DNA of 63,259 nt, counting the filler, from Asterionella formosa (lineage: Eukaryota), in assembly GCA_002256025.1 (NCBI GenBank). It is 7 parts of 7 records of this genome, joined end to end, with 100 filler letters (N's around TTAATTAATTAA, not from the genome) between each part and the next. Parts side by side here need not be neighbours in the genome. Positions count along the whole stretch, not along the records: positions 1 to 27,189 come from NKIB01001572.1; positions 27,290 to 54,450 come from NKIB01001578.1; 5 more parts are not named here. One strand, 5' to 3'. A program made the translations under genes and the position numbers. Numbering within the stretch: position 1 is the stretch's first letter; each line of letters starts with the position of its first letter. Below, piece by piece: positions 24,381 to 37,025 of the stretch. Under the pieces are notes generated by a model. It was not told where the DNA came from and did not search any database. It saw only the letters and a program-made list of their open reading frames with translations.

Positions 24381-24796
24381 CTTCAATTGGGGGAAAGTGT
24401 TCAATGGAGTACCGAACTACCGGTATATCTAAACCCATACAACTAGGATGCCACAACGACATACTCAAGAAGGCATGGCTGATGGCAGATACCGGTTGTT
24501 GCATTATTAGTTGCGGCTTGTCAGTACCTGCAACAAGTTGCGGTAATGATGCTCAATAAAAGAATTAGCTGTCTTTATCGTAAATTAAATTGCCTACTGG
24601 TATTGAGGAACAACAACTACAGTGGTACCAGGCACTCTGTATAACCTGTACTCGCTTACCGCCAGGTATTGTTTCGATAGCACACTCCTCGGTCGTCAGA
24701 CCAAGACCCCTCCTCAGCCGCAGGAAAGAATTTTTTCACATTCGCACATGACGATGGAACCGACCATGGAAACGACACCATCGCCTTCTACTGTGC

Positions 24797-25621
24797 ATGT
24801 CATTAATCATCATGACACTCCAATCCGCTCCACTAGATGTCGAAGATGTTGATGAATATCTATGTCAGCTACTCTTGCCACGAATTCTTGCGAGTGTCGA
24901 GTATTTCCCCCAAGTGGAACTGAAGGATAAGAAAGACTTGCTCTCGTCCATACTTCAGGCGCTCTTATTGTATGCAAGCCTTGGTCAAACTCCAGCTACA
25001 AGGGCATTGGGTCTAACGATGGAAAATAGTAACAAACGAAAGATTACAATACTTATTTTCTGTTCAGTGATTCTTCCAGCCATCTATCGGCGTATCAATG
25101 GTTGGTATCGATCGACATTACAAGGTGTTGGTTCATCCACCAATAGCATGAATCAACTTGACTACATTGGATTCCAACGACGGCAGCTATTAACGAAACG
25201 AATTGTCCAATTGGTCGAACCCTCTCTACCATTGATGAATCTTCTATTCCTATTATCGTGGTGGAGTAACAAATCAAAATCACATTCGTTGCCACTCTTC
25301 CTTTCTGGCCTTTCCTATACATCCACCACTGATCCGAAGCACTTGAATGTGGGCTACGCCTACCGGAGATGGGGCTATGAGGAAATGGTAAAATGCTTTC
25401 GTGTGCTATCGCCCATCACCGGTTGGACGGATGTGCCTCGCATTCGCAGAACGACCCATGGCGAGGACGGATCTTGTCCCATTTGCAAGACTACGTCCAT
25501 CGTCATTCCCTTCGCCTCCAACTGTTGTCAACGCACGTACTGCTATACATGTTTGTGGCAGATAAAAAGCGGCAACTGCAGAGTGTGTCGGCAACCAGTG
25601 ATGGAAATGACGAGGGTATGA
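24797..25621 (+). CDS. Peroxin PEX2/PEX10/PEX12-family RING-finger protein (most like PEX2)
   Basis: LDVEDVDEYL N-terminal motif, GQTPATRALGL, hydrophobic segments, and a C-terminal RING CPIC..CCQRTYCYTC..CRVC. Start codon uncertain. Confidence 0.72.
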   Translation: MSLIIMTLQSAPLDVEDVDEYLCQLLLPRILASVEYFPQVELKDKKDLLSSILQALLLYASLGQTPATRALGLTMENSNKRKITILIFCSVILPAIYRRINGWYRSTLQGVGSSTNSMNQLDYIGFQRRQLLTKRIVQLVEPSLPLMNLLFLLSWWSNKSKSHSLPLFLSGLSYTSTTDPKHLNVGYAYRRWGYEEMVKCFRVLSPITGWTDVPRIRRTTHGEDGSCPICKTTSIVIPFASNCCQRTYCYTCLWQIKSGNCRVCRQPVMEMTRV

Positions 25622-27189
25622 GATTGGGAAAGGATGGTATGATTTTGGATTAAATTTATTTGGGTCTCTCAAAAACTACATAAAAGTTTCAACGAAGGGA
25701 ACAGAAGAATCCATGAAAAAAATATCGCCGCTGTTGTACCTGGAGGTGTTTTGACTGGGACTGTGTGTAATCGTACTCGAGGAAGAGAAAAATATACGGT
25801 GTTGTGTTCCCGGCCCTAGTAGGAGACTAATACTATCTGGATTTCATGCTGGCACATGAGTACGATACGGCTAATTGGGAGTAAGACCGACCATGATTGA
25901 AAAGACAATGCCATCCATGCTATTCGCGGTGAATGTATTTTCATAAGAGTACCTACAGACTTCACAGTGTTGATTGTCATTGACATGATCCTCGTTATTC
26001 TTCAGAAGTAAGTCGGAAACTCTCACGAAAGACATTTTTCCTCCTTGATAGTAATGGTACGATCCCCAATCTTGTGAATGAAATGCTGATCTCCTCGTGC
26101 ATTCGTGTAACATTTTCCAAACGAATCATATTTACTGGTAAATACCAGTACCGGTTGGCAGAGTACACTCATGCTTGTTATCTACATTATGCCTACCGGT
26201 AGATACCAGACATTTATGCTTAGTTGAAGAAAAGACTTCTATAGAAAACCGGAACACTGCCTGGAGTACCGGTATACCAATGATATGTACTGGTGTGACG
26301 CTCCAGAGAACATACCGGTACAACAATACTAACTCCGAGTGAATCGTATCATCTTCCTATCATCGCTCCATCATAAAACATATAGATACGATAACTGGTA
26401 CGTAGAAATTTGCCTGCAAATCATGCATGATGACAGCATTGTTCTCTTTGAAGTACCGGTAGTCACTGCGCACGACACTTTAAAAATCCCAAAATAGCCA
26501 GTGCTTTCTTGGAGAACAGACAGTACTAACTACCGGTAGTAAAGCTGTATTCTTCGGCTTCCACGTTTTCCTTGAGGGGCCGAACTTTGAGACGTGCAGT
26601 GCTACTGTACTAAATACAGAATATTTGCCGTATGAATGCCAGTACCGGTATGTGGGCGACAATAGACGTCACAAGTGAAACACCGTACCAATACAGAAGC
26701 AAGGAGTAATCCAAAACGTAACTACCGGTACCATACCGTAATTGGTAAAATTAAACCCAAGTTGTATTTTCCCGTAGGCCTCTGGTATGTGTCTACTGGG
26801 TCATTTTGATACTGGCACGGTATTGATCTGAAAATACTAGTGGAAGCACCGTGTTACAACAGTATTTGCCAATAGAAAAATTAAACCCGGTTTAACTGGG
26901 GGTTTAATTTTTTGGTTTAATTAAACCATAACTGTACGCACGATCATCGTAGGAATATACACTGTACGAGTACATAAAATTAGCTATTACACTGTAGTAC
27001 CTGGTACCTGGTACCGGTCGTATGCACAAATTAAACCCCATCCTCATTCATGTACCGGTACCTGGTACCTGGTACCAGGTACTCGGTATTTCGGTATGCA
27101 GCAGCGGTAAGGAGAGGAAGGTGTGACTGATGGGACACCAACAGCAGGTGAAGGAGGGAAGTATGAGCTGCCAGTTTGTTTTTGGAACT

Positions 27190-27289
27190 NNNNNNNNNNN
27201 NNNNNNNNNNNNNNNNNNNNNNNNNNNNNNNNNTTAATTAATTAANNNNNNNNNNNNNNNNNNNNNNNNNNNNNNNNNNNNNNNNNNNN
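27190..27289. other. Artificial contig spacer N44-TTAATTAATTAA-N44 (also 54451-54550, 56214-56313, 57977-58076, 59739-59838, 61500-61599)
   Basis: Six identical 100-nt blocks whose core places stop codons in all six frames. Confidence 0.97.
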
Positions 27290-27613
27290 TAAATATAGTT
27301 CTAAATTTCGATCAATTTCATCCTATTTTAGACAGTGATATCAATGAGAATTACGATCATGCTAAGATAGATGTATGACAAAAGTATACACATCATATGA
27401 CCATGTTTAACTAATTATATGATGCAATGGTATTATAACTATGATAGTCTCATCATACTTCAAGCTCGGTAAAAGTTTACTGCATGATCATAATTATATG
27501 ATACATTGATCATATTTTTGATCGAAAAACTATCATATATTTGAAAATCCTGTGCCACTTAGCGTACGATACCCTTGATCATATTTTCATGATATTTTTT
27601 TATTTACAGACGA

Positions 27614-29717
27614 TGGTATGATATCTAAAGGTGATTGAGGGTACGCAATATCACGTAGTCGTACAACAATGTGGCATTGGTATGTGTTGGTGATGAAGGG
27701 GACGCAATAACACTTTCTCGTAGAAACAAGGTGACATTGGTATCTATTGTCACCTCCTACTCAGGCTACAGCACGTTCTTGTACAGATAAGGTGATGACA
27801 TTGGTATCTATTGCTGATGGAGGGGACACAATAACACGTTGTTCTTTTTACACACAAGGTGACATTGATATCTATTGTCACCTCGTACTGAGGTTAAAAG
27901 TAATATCAAACGAGCTAAAAGTTGTCATCAGTGGTCTTATTTAATGGCAAATGGCAATCATCTAACCAAAGTATGATCTGTAATTTTTTAGTAGTAGTAA
28001 GATATATTCATGTTAAAACTAAGATCAAAAAAGCTAAAGATTGTTATCTGTGATCTTATTTATTGGCAAAACCAAAGTATGATCTGTAATTTTTTAGTAG
28101 TAAGATATATTCATGTTAAAAGTAAGATAAAAAATAAAAAATTGTTGTTATCTGTGATCTTATTTATTGGCAATCATTTCTAACCAGGAGGTATGATCTG
28201 TAATTCATAAAGATTGATTCGAGCGATTCATCTACTGGTAAATATTTTATGATTTGTACCATATGAATTTTTTTGTTTGACTCCCGATTATTGAGGGGCT
28301 TACTAATTAAATTACCTACTTGTAGGTAGAAGAATTGATGCGGAAAAATTCAAAAACATAACATCAGGTCGTGGAAAACAATGATATCCTCATGCATTGT
28401 ATATATTTGTATTATGTATAACCTTAATTGATGATAGTATACACATTATGTGAATATATTTACATGTTTTCAATTTTTTATAAATGTCCTATATATACAT
28501 TTGAAATCATGTTAAGAGGTTCCTTGTTATGCATACCGGTAACACATGATCCTGAAATGAAAGATCATCTCTGCACTGTGACAAGGAAAACTGAAAGAAC
28601 GACGCTTCAACGCACAAAATGATGATAAACCTTGCGGCTTAGAAGGATTGAAAATGGAAAAGTGAACTGAATCTAGCTATGGTATGTCAAGAGTACATGC
28701 CAAGGTGATCAATTGTTGGGTTCACAAAGACTAAATAATTGCCTCCTTCCCTAGCAGTTCAAAAGCACATTTCGCATTCAGCGGGATACCACCAATGTCG
28801 ACTAAAAGCTTGTAAATGCTCTTGTTGGATCAATAAGCCACTGTTAGAACATCACTGGCAAATGTTTGGATAACTTTAATCAAAGAGTTTTGTTGTTAGT
28901 TATAAATGACATTGGTGGAACGGTTTATTGATTTGTACTTATGTGATCATTGACTGACACATTATTTTACTGAATTATGCGAAAAGTTCATCGATTTCTG
29001 GTAAGTGGAGCATGCTAAGAAAATGGGACTGCAGTGTTGAGACATAAACAAAACATGGCTAACAAGCAAGTAATTCCTTCTCATCGTTATTATAATTAGG
29101 AAAGCAAAATGGATAAAACAGAATCGGATCAAAAGGAAATGGGATTTTCAGCAAGTAGTCAGATGAGTTTCAGAATCAGAGTGGAAGGGAGGCGGGAGGT
29201 AGTATGCATCAATAGATTTGAAGGCGGGAGGCAATGCATCCTCAAGAGTATTGAAGGGAAGCGGGAGGCATGTATCAAGAGCATTGAAGGAAGGCGGGGG
29301 AGGCATGAATCCTCACAAGCATTGAAGGGAGGCTGGAGGCATGCATCAAGAGCATTGAGACAATCGAAAAGGGGAACATTGGCTGTTTAAGCACACAAAA
29401 TGTAGAAACATAAAAATGATTTTGTGATATCACAGTAAAATTGCAATCCATTTCAACCTATTTTTAACATCTATTTCGATTAGAGTTACTATCAGATAAG
29501 GCAGGATATGTATATGATAAAAGAATGTACATCATAGGATAATGTTTTGATAATTATAAGGTGGTTTGATTATTACGAGTAAGCTTAGCCTGTTCACTTT
29601 CATAGTATGCATTTATCATACATATAACGAAATATGTATCATGCACAGAAAAATTCTCTGCCAGTTATCGTATGATACCCCTGATCTTATAAGCACGATA
29701 TTTTTTGTTTGCAGACG
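27614..29717. mobile_element. Second, 5'-truncated copy of the 13584-16375 TIR element
   Basis: Collinear high-identity match to 14073-16375 with indels; ends TTTTTTGTTTGCAGACG at 29717. Confidence 0.8.
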
Positions 29718-31405
29718 TACCCAAATTGGCATATTTCAGAGCCACAAGGTCCAAAGCGGAGTTATTTATCAATGCATGAGGAGGCACAGCGCAAGGACGT
29801 CGAGTGAGCATTTGGAGTTCTACAGGTCAGGTGAAGGATTCTTGTACTTCCATGTAAACTTTGGTCAGCGGGCGCAATCAACAGTGTAATCATGCATTGC
29901 ATGCATTATTTTGCACAATATGACGATCATAGAGGTCAAGTGGGAAATTGAAAATACAAATGACAATCTTTTTGACATTATTCAAGATGGATTGTTGGTT
30001 GAAAACATGAATAATGACAATGTCCATACACTTCTTGATTTCAAGAATATTAGAATGAACTGCATGAGTGAAGGTGGTAAGCACTTGCAACTGCGTAATG
30101 AATTTGATTGAGCACTTGTGGATTCAAAATGAGGTCAAATACTGAATAATATTTTGATTCGAGATTAATATTTTGAAGTGTAAAATACAAATTCTAGATT
30201 TGTGATAATTAAATGAATAGTGTAAATCAAACTAGTTTAATGCTTTTGTGGTTCAGTCTCTAGAATCGAAACCTCAGCATCAGTAGATGATGAACGAGAA
30301 GTTGTTGAAATATCGATTTCAACAGAACTTCCTGACTCCAAAGAACCGGTTTTGGTTTTTTGCGTGAAGGTTTTGAACTATCCTCCATCTCCTCCATAGC
30401 TTCTTGAGCCTTCATCATAGCGAACCACCCCACCTTTTGGCTTGCTCTGAATTAACATTACGAGAGAAAGTCTTGAACAAAAATTCATCACATCAAATTG
30501 TGTCTTCACCTTTCTTTCCAACATCTGCACATGTTTTTGTTCAATGACAAGTTGAGCATTTGCGAGTAGCTTACTATATTTTGCTGCTTTCATCCCCATG
30601 GGATGCACATCTATTAACTCAGGACCCTTAGTTGTTATTTGCTGCTGATCTCGAACATATCCAGGGGGCATCCTCCAAAATTCGCCAACACCCTTCGAAC
30701 ACAAGCAAACTCTCTACCCAGTTTCCTTCGTTTTCCCTCTAGTTTAAATTGGTGCTCCCTGGATTCTTCATGGTAGTTGTCATCTGTCCATCCTGACTTA
30801 GCAATGGACGTAACCTGTGAATAGAGGCCGTTCCCCATCGGGCAGTGCATGCCGTTGAGCTGCAATCCTTACTATCTATGATAAGCTTAACGTAAATTTC
30901 GAATACCCTGCTCCAAAGCTTGCTTGCTTTCTGACCAATCCCAGTGATTGCATCTTCACTTGCTGCTACCCAGGCCCGAGAGAGTGCTTCGTCCTCTTCC
31001 TTCTCCCATGTGACACCAGAGCCCATCCTGATATGATTGTTGTTTTAAGATGTTGACTCAATATGTATACACACCAAGATCACATTGGTCTATTGAGTTC
31101 TACATGAAGAGACTGTAGTGAATGCACAGTAACTTTGTATACACTAATTAAAATAAAAACGTTAGGTTGCCGGCGTGAGCCACAATCTAAACCAATAGAA
31201 ATGCTCCTTTTATTTGGCTACACCAGTTGGAGTCTAACTGACCAAATAACTGATATTTGGTCGATAAGGGGGTCATCCTTGACCAAGACCAAAGCATATT
31301 TGGTCTTGTTTGATGTGGTGGCTAAAATAGATTTGCTTTTTTGATCAACACATTGCATTATGACATGTGACATGTAATGACCCGCAACTTCAATTGGTGA
31401 TGCTC
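29718..31405. mobile_element. Decayed PIF/Harbinger transposon: transposase C-terminus on + (29718-~30135), Myb/SANT-like ORF on - (31026-~30378), one TIR
   Basis: + strand reads EEAQRKDVE*AFGVLQVR*RIL..CKLW..IILHNM..HLQLRN (Harbinger consensus RKDVERAFGVLQxRW). - strand reads WEKEEDEALSRAWVAASEDAITGIGQKASKLWSRV. TTGGTGATGCTC at 31394-31405 is the reverse complement of a GAGCATCACCAA Harbinger-type TIR. Confidence 0.85.
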
Positions 31406-31830
31406 CAACATGTCATAATACTGTCAACTCAAAGAGAGAGTTGATGATGTTCTCTATTTATTCGATTTGAGTGCCTGTCCTGCGTCACCTTGTTCATTTC
31501 AGCAAAAGGACCGCAACTTTCTAACCACATAGATGCAGTTGATGATGACTGAGTCGGGACCAGGGAATCTTGATTCTGAATTGCAACTCTCATCAACATT
31601 CTCGCCACTCCAAAAAAACCCGCCAATGAAGGTGCATGATGCGCGCATCGCAAGAGAAGTCATGACCATTATATTCAATGCCCTCTATTTTTCATACCGG
31701 TGGTATTTCTCGCGTTGATGCACCACATCTCAAGACAATTCTGAAGTGTCCGACGAACTTTAAGTCGAGCCAGTGCCCCAACTGAGCACGCACTCATTAT
31801 TAGTCCATCAAGCCACAAGCCACTCTTCCC

Positions 31831-33546
31831 ATGTCATCAAGTGATAGCCAAGAGTTGAGTATCCCGTCGTTGGAAGCCTTGGACGGAGGCCAATCGCCTG
31901 TCTCCAATCATGCGACTCATTTCTCGGAAATGATTGATCAATCCAAGGATCTGTCGGCAGACGAAAAGAGCCTCGAGTTCAAGTCAAAGGGAAACGACGC
32001 CCTAGTGGCTGGGAGGTATCTTGCTGCCATTGGCTTCTATTCCCAAGCTTTGGAGCACACACCAACCAATGCGATTGTTTTGTCCAATCGAGCCCAAGCA
32101 TACATCAAAGTTGAAAATTATGGTGTTGCCATTCTCGATGCTGACGCCGCTATCGAGAGCGACCCTACATATGCCAAAGGGTTCTATCGTCGCGCCACTG
32201 CCAACTTTGCATTGCACAAGTTCAAATCTGCCAGAAAAGACTTTAGGAGCGTCTGCAAGCTAAAGCCCACTGATCGGGATGCCAGGGCGAGGTTGAATGC
32301 CTGCGAGAAGGCTATCAAGGAAGAAGCCTTTTCCAAGGCAATTATGAGTGAGCAAACGACTCCATTGAGTATGTCGTACGATCCCGCCCATATTTCGATT
32401 GATGTTGGGTACGACGGACCGCATCCCCATCCAGAGGGGCAGTTGGAGGACATGGATGCAGAATTAGCGCTCTTCTACCCTGGCAAGCTACCTTTAGAGT
32501 TTGTAATGGTGCGTTCCAGATGACCATATCGTTCGAGTTTTACCAGTTTAGTTTATTTGCTTGCAATGTTTATGATGTTAACACATTTGCCACTTATACA
32601 GGCCGCTGTTGAACGATTCCGAGCCCAAAAGACTATTCATCGGCGTTATGTCTCGCGTCTTTTGATTGCTTGTGAGAAGTACTTTGAAGCATTGCCTTCG
32701 TTGATGGAAATCGCTGTTCCTTCGGAATCCCCCAATCATGAACCGTCCGCTGCTCCTCGAGTTACTGTGTGCGGAGACACACATGGCCAATTTTATGACG
32801 TTCTTCATATTTTTGAGATGAATGGATATCCTAGTCCTACCAACCCGTATCTTTTCAACGGGGACTTTGTTGACCGTGGATCCTTTTCGGTCGAAGTCAT
32901 CTTGACATTTCTTCTATTCAAGATTTCGTGCCCTCAATCTATCTATATGACTCGGGGTAATCACGAAACAAAGAATATGAACCGAATCTATGGCTTTGAG
33001 GGGGAAGTCAAGGCCAAGTATGACGACAAAATCTTTGAACTGTTTTTGGAAGTTTTCGGGCATTTGCCTCTGGCTGCGGTGATTGAGAATAAGGTCTTTG
33101 TGACGCATGGTGGTATCCCTACGGATGATAAAGTCATGTTGGATGATATCCGCAATGTGAAACGTGGGATGGAGCCACCAGATTCGGGACTAATGAGTGA
33201 TTTGCTGTGGTCCGATCCTCAACCTTTTCCAGGCAAGAGCCCGTCGAAGCGTGGGGTCGGCTTTTCTTTTGGGCCTGATATTACCGATGCCTTTTTGAAA
33301 CGAAATAATCTGGATTTGTTGGTGCGATCTCATGAAGTCAAGGACGAGGGTTATCTGCTGGAACATGGGGGAAAGACTATTACCGTTTTTTCTGCTCCCA
33401 ACTATTGTGATACAATGGGAAATAAGGGGGCTTTTATCCATTTCGACAAGACCATGGAGCCAAAGTTTACTCAATACGAAGCTGTTACTCATCCTGCTGT
33501 CCGACCAATGGCTTACGCTGCAGGCATGGGGGGACTCTTTGCATAA
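31831..33546 (+). CDS. PP5: Serine/threonine protein phosphatase 5 (TPR plus PPP catalytic domain); exons 31831-32508 and 32602-33546
   Basis: TPR repeats (KSKGNDAL..YSQALE..LSNRAQAYIK..KGFYRRA); GDTHGQ, GDFVDRG, RGNHE and SAPNYC motifs; C-terminal VRPMAYA; GT-AG intron 32509-32601 in frame. Confidence 0.97.
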
Positions 33547-33851
33547 GTGACGCTTTTACCTACAAAGTGAGCAGCAGTGCTACGCCCTTTTGACCCTCAA
33601 ACTGCTTAGATGTGATGATATCAATAGTATAGTCTCCTACTGAGTTTCGCCGCTGTTATTCTTATTGCATCAGTGCAGGCTGTCGTGCTCGTAACGTGCT
33701 AATAGGAGTTAGCTTTATCATTTATAGACGCCCTGACCTAGTATTCTTCCCTTCTGACACCTTCGCGTAGTTTGGATTCCACTTGACTTCCTGGTTCGTC
33801 CTTGTCGTTGATAACCAGACATAATATTTTGATTGCTGTTTCGTAATTGGA

Positions 33852-36581
33852 TTATCTAGCTTTTTCTCCATTATTTAAAGCATAGTTGACAGCGGGAACC
33901 ACGGAATAATTCAAAGTCATCTCCGATATCTCGTTTCCGGTGAATATATCCACTGTTCTGTGAGTGATGTTCGGCTTCCACATCGCGATGTCACCAATAT
34001 GACCACTGCGATGGAACTCTAATGCATGAGCTCCATCTTGCAAAAATATGAGGTGCGATATTCCTGCCACAGCATGTCCCATCAAAATATGAGACCTCCG
34101 CAAGATACGCAGTTGCTCTACGAAAGGGATATCATCTAGTCTGACCAAAGCAACGGCGGTTGCATTTGTTTCTCTCAAAATGCACTCTTTGACACGTTCC
34201 AAATTATGAATGGTCCGCTCCTCCTTCCTAATATCGCTTCGTGGATGAACGACATGGGGGACATGATCAACAATGGTAACCAAGCCATGCTCCATCTTTT
34301 CGTTTTCCAAATCATATTTTTTGATGAAGAAGTCCACAAAGGCAACTGTCATGGCGGGACACGGGTTCCCTTTAAATTCTATACGACGAAGCGAAAGCAC
34401 CGATGAATAGCCAGAAGGGACAAAAATAGCGTTGTCGAAGCAGACTCCTCCTTGGGGTAGCTGTTTGACGAACTCGACCTTGCCAAAAACCTCTCTCCAA
34501 ACTGGATCAAACATTCCGTTGGCATGAGAGTCCAGAAATACAATTTCTACATCAGACAAATCGTTGGGTAACACAAAAAATGTATTCCACCAATCCGCCA
34601 GAGTGTGAAAGGAATCAACATAGTCGTATCTTGTCAAGAACAACGTGGGCTTGGAAACCGTTACTGCACAACCCTGCTCTGTTACGCCAACGCTTAAAGC
34701 CTTGATGACATCGCTTAGATAATAAAATAGCGTCTTGTCAATTTCTAAGGGAATTTCAGGAGCTTTTTCCGTGGAGAAAGCTCCTCGCCTATACTTTGGA
34801 AACTCCACGCCTTCGTCGCGTCCCATGACGGAATCCAGGTCTTCACCTCCCAGGGGAGCGTCAATCTTGGAGACGTCAATTCGCATATTTCTGAATATAC
34901 AATATGGGATTTTAGTGTTTAAGTCGGCCTGGCAACCATGCTCTGGTCGAGGCATGGGCCTATTCAAGAGACACATGTGGTAGTCCTTGGTGTCATCATA
35001 AGTTGTCACGTGCTGTGAGTCCACTATCGGATTGATATCCTGGAGGTTCGAATTAGATATCATGTCATCCAGCAAGAGACCATCATTGCTAGTCTCATTC
35101 CATGAATTTTTCTCATCAAACTGCATCTCATAGTACGCCGGGGGATATCGATTCACGCCCTCCTTCTTGTCCCAACCTGGATCAAAGATATCCTTCACTT
35201 CTGGCACAATCTCATATTTCATTAAATTGGGCTTTTCCCACACCATTTTGTGGAATAGATCTGGTCTCCAACGAGCTAAATCTGCGAAATTACTTTCGTC
35301 TCGTGTTATTTCCAAACAGGCCGCACCCGCCTGCAACAACATACAGTGAGTCATGTCGCTTCCATGATTTCCTAGCAAAATGTGAGCCTGGCGGACCAAC
35401 TTCAGTCGCGACCGAAAAGACAATTTTTTCAAATCGACCACTTGAACAGAAGTAGCATCCGTCTCATCCAGGAGCTTGGCTTGCATGTCCAGAAGAAGTG
35501 AATTGTCATATGACACACCATCTATCTTGCTACGAGGGTGGATGACATGTGGAGCTTGGTCCAAAATCAGAATTGTGCTTTTCTGCATGGTAATATTCTC
35601 AAACCCATATCCTTCGACAAAAAATTCCACAAAGGCCTTGGACATGGCTACGCACCTATTTCCGTGAAACTTTCGACCCCATGGCCAGAGAACCGATGAA
35701 TATCCAGGTGGGACAAAGAGGGCCTTTTCCAAACACGTGGCTTCATTCTCCAATTGATTAATATACATGACTTCCTCGCCAAACAGATCTTTCCAAACCG
35801 AGTCCAAGTAACCTTGAGCGTGAGAATCCAAGAAAATGACGCGATTCGCTTTTTGACCATCTGGAAGAACCATAAACGCATTCCACCAATCTTTCAGTGT
35901 GTGGTACATGTCCACATATTCGTAACGAGTAATCAGTAATGACACACCAGGTAACATGATATCACACTTTTGTGCCATCTTTCGATTAATATCTAGTGAC
36001 ATGAAAACATCGAGAAGGTAGTACCAATAATCTCGGTTCATGCCAATAGGAGAGAGCGAAATTGTTGAAGGCGTCGAGAAGGCCCCAGGAAGATACCTTA
36101 GAAATTCCAAGTCTTCGTCACGTCCCATGACGGAATCGAGAGATTCTCCTCCAGGGGCACTGCCTAATATTTTTGTACTATCAATCTTGAGATGGTTGAG
36201 TTGGCAGTAGGGTATTTTGGTATCTTTGTCAACAGTGCAACCTTGTTCCGGTCGATCTCTGGGTTGATTCAACGCACAAGCTTTGTAGTCATTTTTCTCT
36301 ATGTCATAGGTAGACTCCCATTCGAATGATTGAGCTAGGTTTGGATCTTTTGCAGTGCTTGCCGCGAGATGTCGTGCTAGGATGTTCTTAACATGAGTGG
36401 GCGGCATGATATCTAGATATTCGAGAGCGTCAGGGGGAAGTAAGTCGGATTGGAAGGATATCAAGAGCAAACAAAAGAACAAGGCGATGCCAAAGAGGAA
36501 TGTGGCGGCCTTTCGGCCGTGAATTCGTCTCATGCTCATGCTCAAGAAATCAGTAGTCGTTCGGTCCAATTCATTCGCCAT
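33852..36581 (-). CDS. Type II membrane glycosyltransferase with two tandem GT61 (EOGT/xylosyltransferase-like) domains
   Basis: TM anchor FLFGIALFFCLLLI. Two homologous halves (KIPYC..IDxxKI..GGExLDSVMGRDE..GAFST; TRYxYVDxxHTLxDWWN; FLDSHA; LxxxRxxHILxG), which I match to GT61 from memory. Confidence 0.75.
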   Translation of the reverse strand: MANELDRTTTDFLSMSMRRIHGRKAATFLFGIALFFCLLLISFQSDLLPPDALEYLDIMPPTHVKNILARHLAASTAKDPNLAQSFEWESTYDIEKNDYKACALNQPRDRPEQGCTVDKDTKIPYCQLNHLKIDSTKILGSAPGGESLDSVMGRDEDLEFLRYLPGAFSTPSTISLSPIGMNRDYWYYLLDVFMSLDINRKMAQKCDIMLPGVSLLITRYEYVDMYHTLKDWWNAFMVLPDGQKANRVIFLDSHAQGYLDSVWKDLFGEEVMYINQLENEATCLEKALFVPPGYSSVLWPWGRKFHGNRCVAMSKAFVEFFVEGYGFENITMQKSTILILDQAPHVIHPRSKIDGVSYDNSLLLDMQAKLLDETDATSVQVVDLKKLSFRSRLKLVRQAHILLGNHGSDMTHCMLLQAGAACLEITRDESNFADLARWRPDLFHKMVWEKPNLMKYEIVPEVKDIFDPGWDKKEGVNRYPPAYYEMQFDEKNSWNETSNDGLLLDDMISNSNLQDINPIVDSQHVTTYDDTKDYHMCLLNRPMPRPEHGCQADLNTKIPYCIFRNMRIDVSKIDAPLGGEDLDSVMGRDEGVEFPKYRRGAFSTEKAPEIPLEIDKTLFYYLSDVIKALSVGVTEQGCAVTVSKPTLFLTRYDYVDSFHTLADWWNTFFVLPNDLSDVEIVFLDSHANGMFDPVWREVFGKVEFVKQLPQGGVCFDNAIFVPSGYSSVLSLRRIEFKGNPCPAMTVAFVDFFIKKYDLENEKMEHGLVTIVDHVPHVVHPRSDIRKEERTIHNLERVKECILRETNATAVALVRLDDIPFVEQLRILRRSHILMGHAVAGISHLIFLQDGAHALEFHRSGHIGDIAMWKPNITHRTVDIFTGNEISEMTLNYSVVPAVNYALNNGEKAR

Positions 36582-37025
36582 TGTTGCTGAAATGGCGGGG
36601 GAGCGATCAGAAGACACAGCAGCAATCACTAACAAGCCTTTCCGGAATGGCACATTTAATATTGACTCCCGCATACACATACGAGAATCATAGCACTGGT
36701 ATCTCGATAACCATTCTTAATTGTAAAAGCACCTCTGGTATACCCTTATCCGTAACTGCCAGGGTACCAGGTACCTGATACTGGTTGAGCGATCCTGCAC
36801 ATCGACACAGATGAATATAGGGTTAGGGTTATATCATATATATCAGAACTCAATAATGAGAGAACTCGACTAACACCTATTGTATACTTTGGTGTCAACT
36901 TAGGAAACGAGTTATACACAAGGATTAATTAATAAGCTCATATATTCAACAAATACTACTACTTCTTGTTAGTAGATACTTCACATTGAATTCAAAAAGA
37001 GTCCAATTACTAGAACAAAAGAAAC

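Noticed and set aside
27190..27289. TTAATTAATTAA as a biological site
   Set aside because: It is identical in six N-padded 100-nt blocks and is an assembly linker. ORFs ending in X..LIN are artefacts of it.
36817..36830. True telomere
   Set aside because: Only about two TTAGGG units, internal to a contig.
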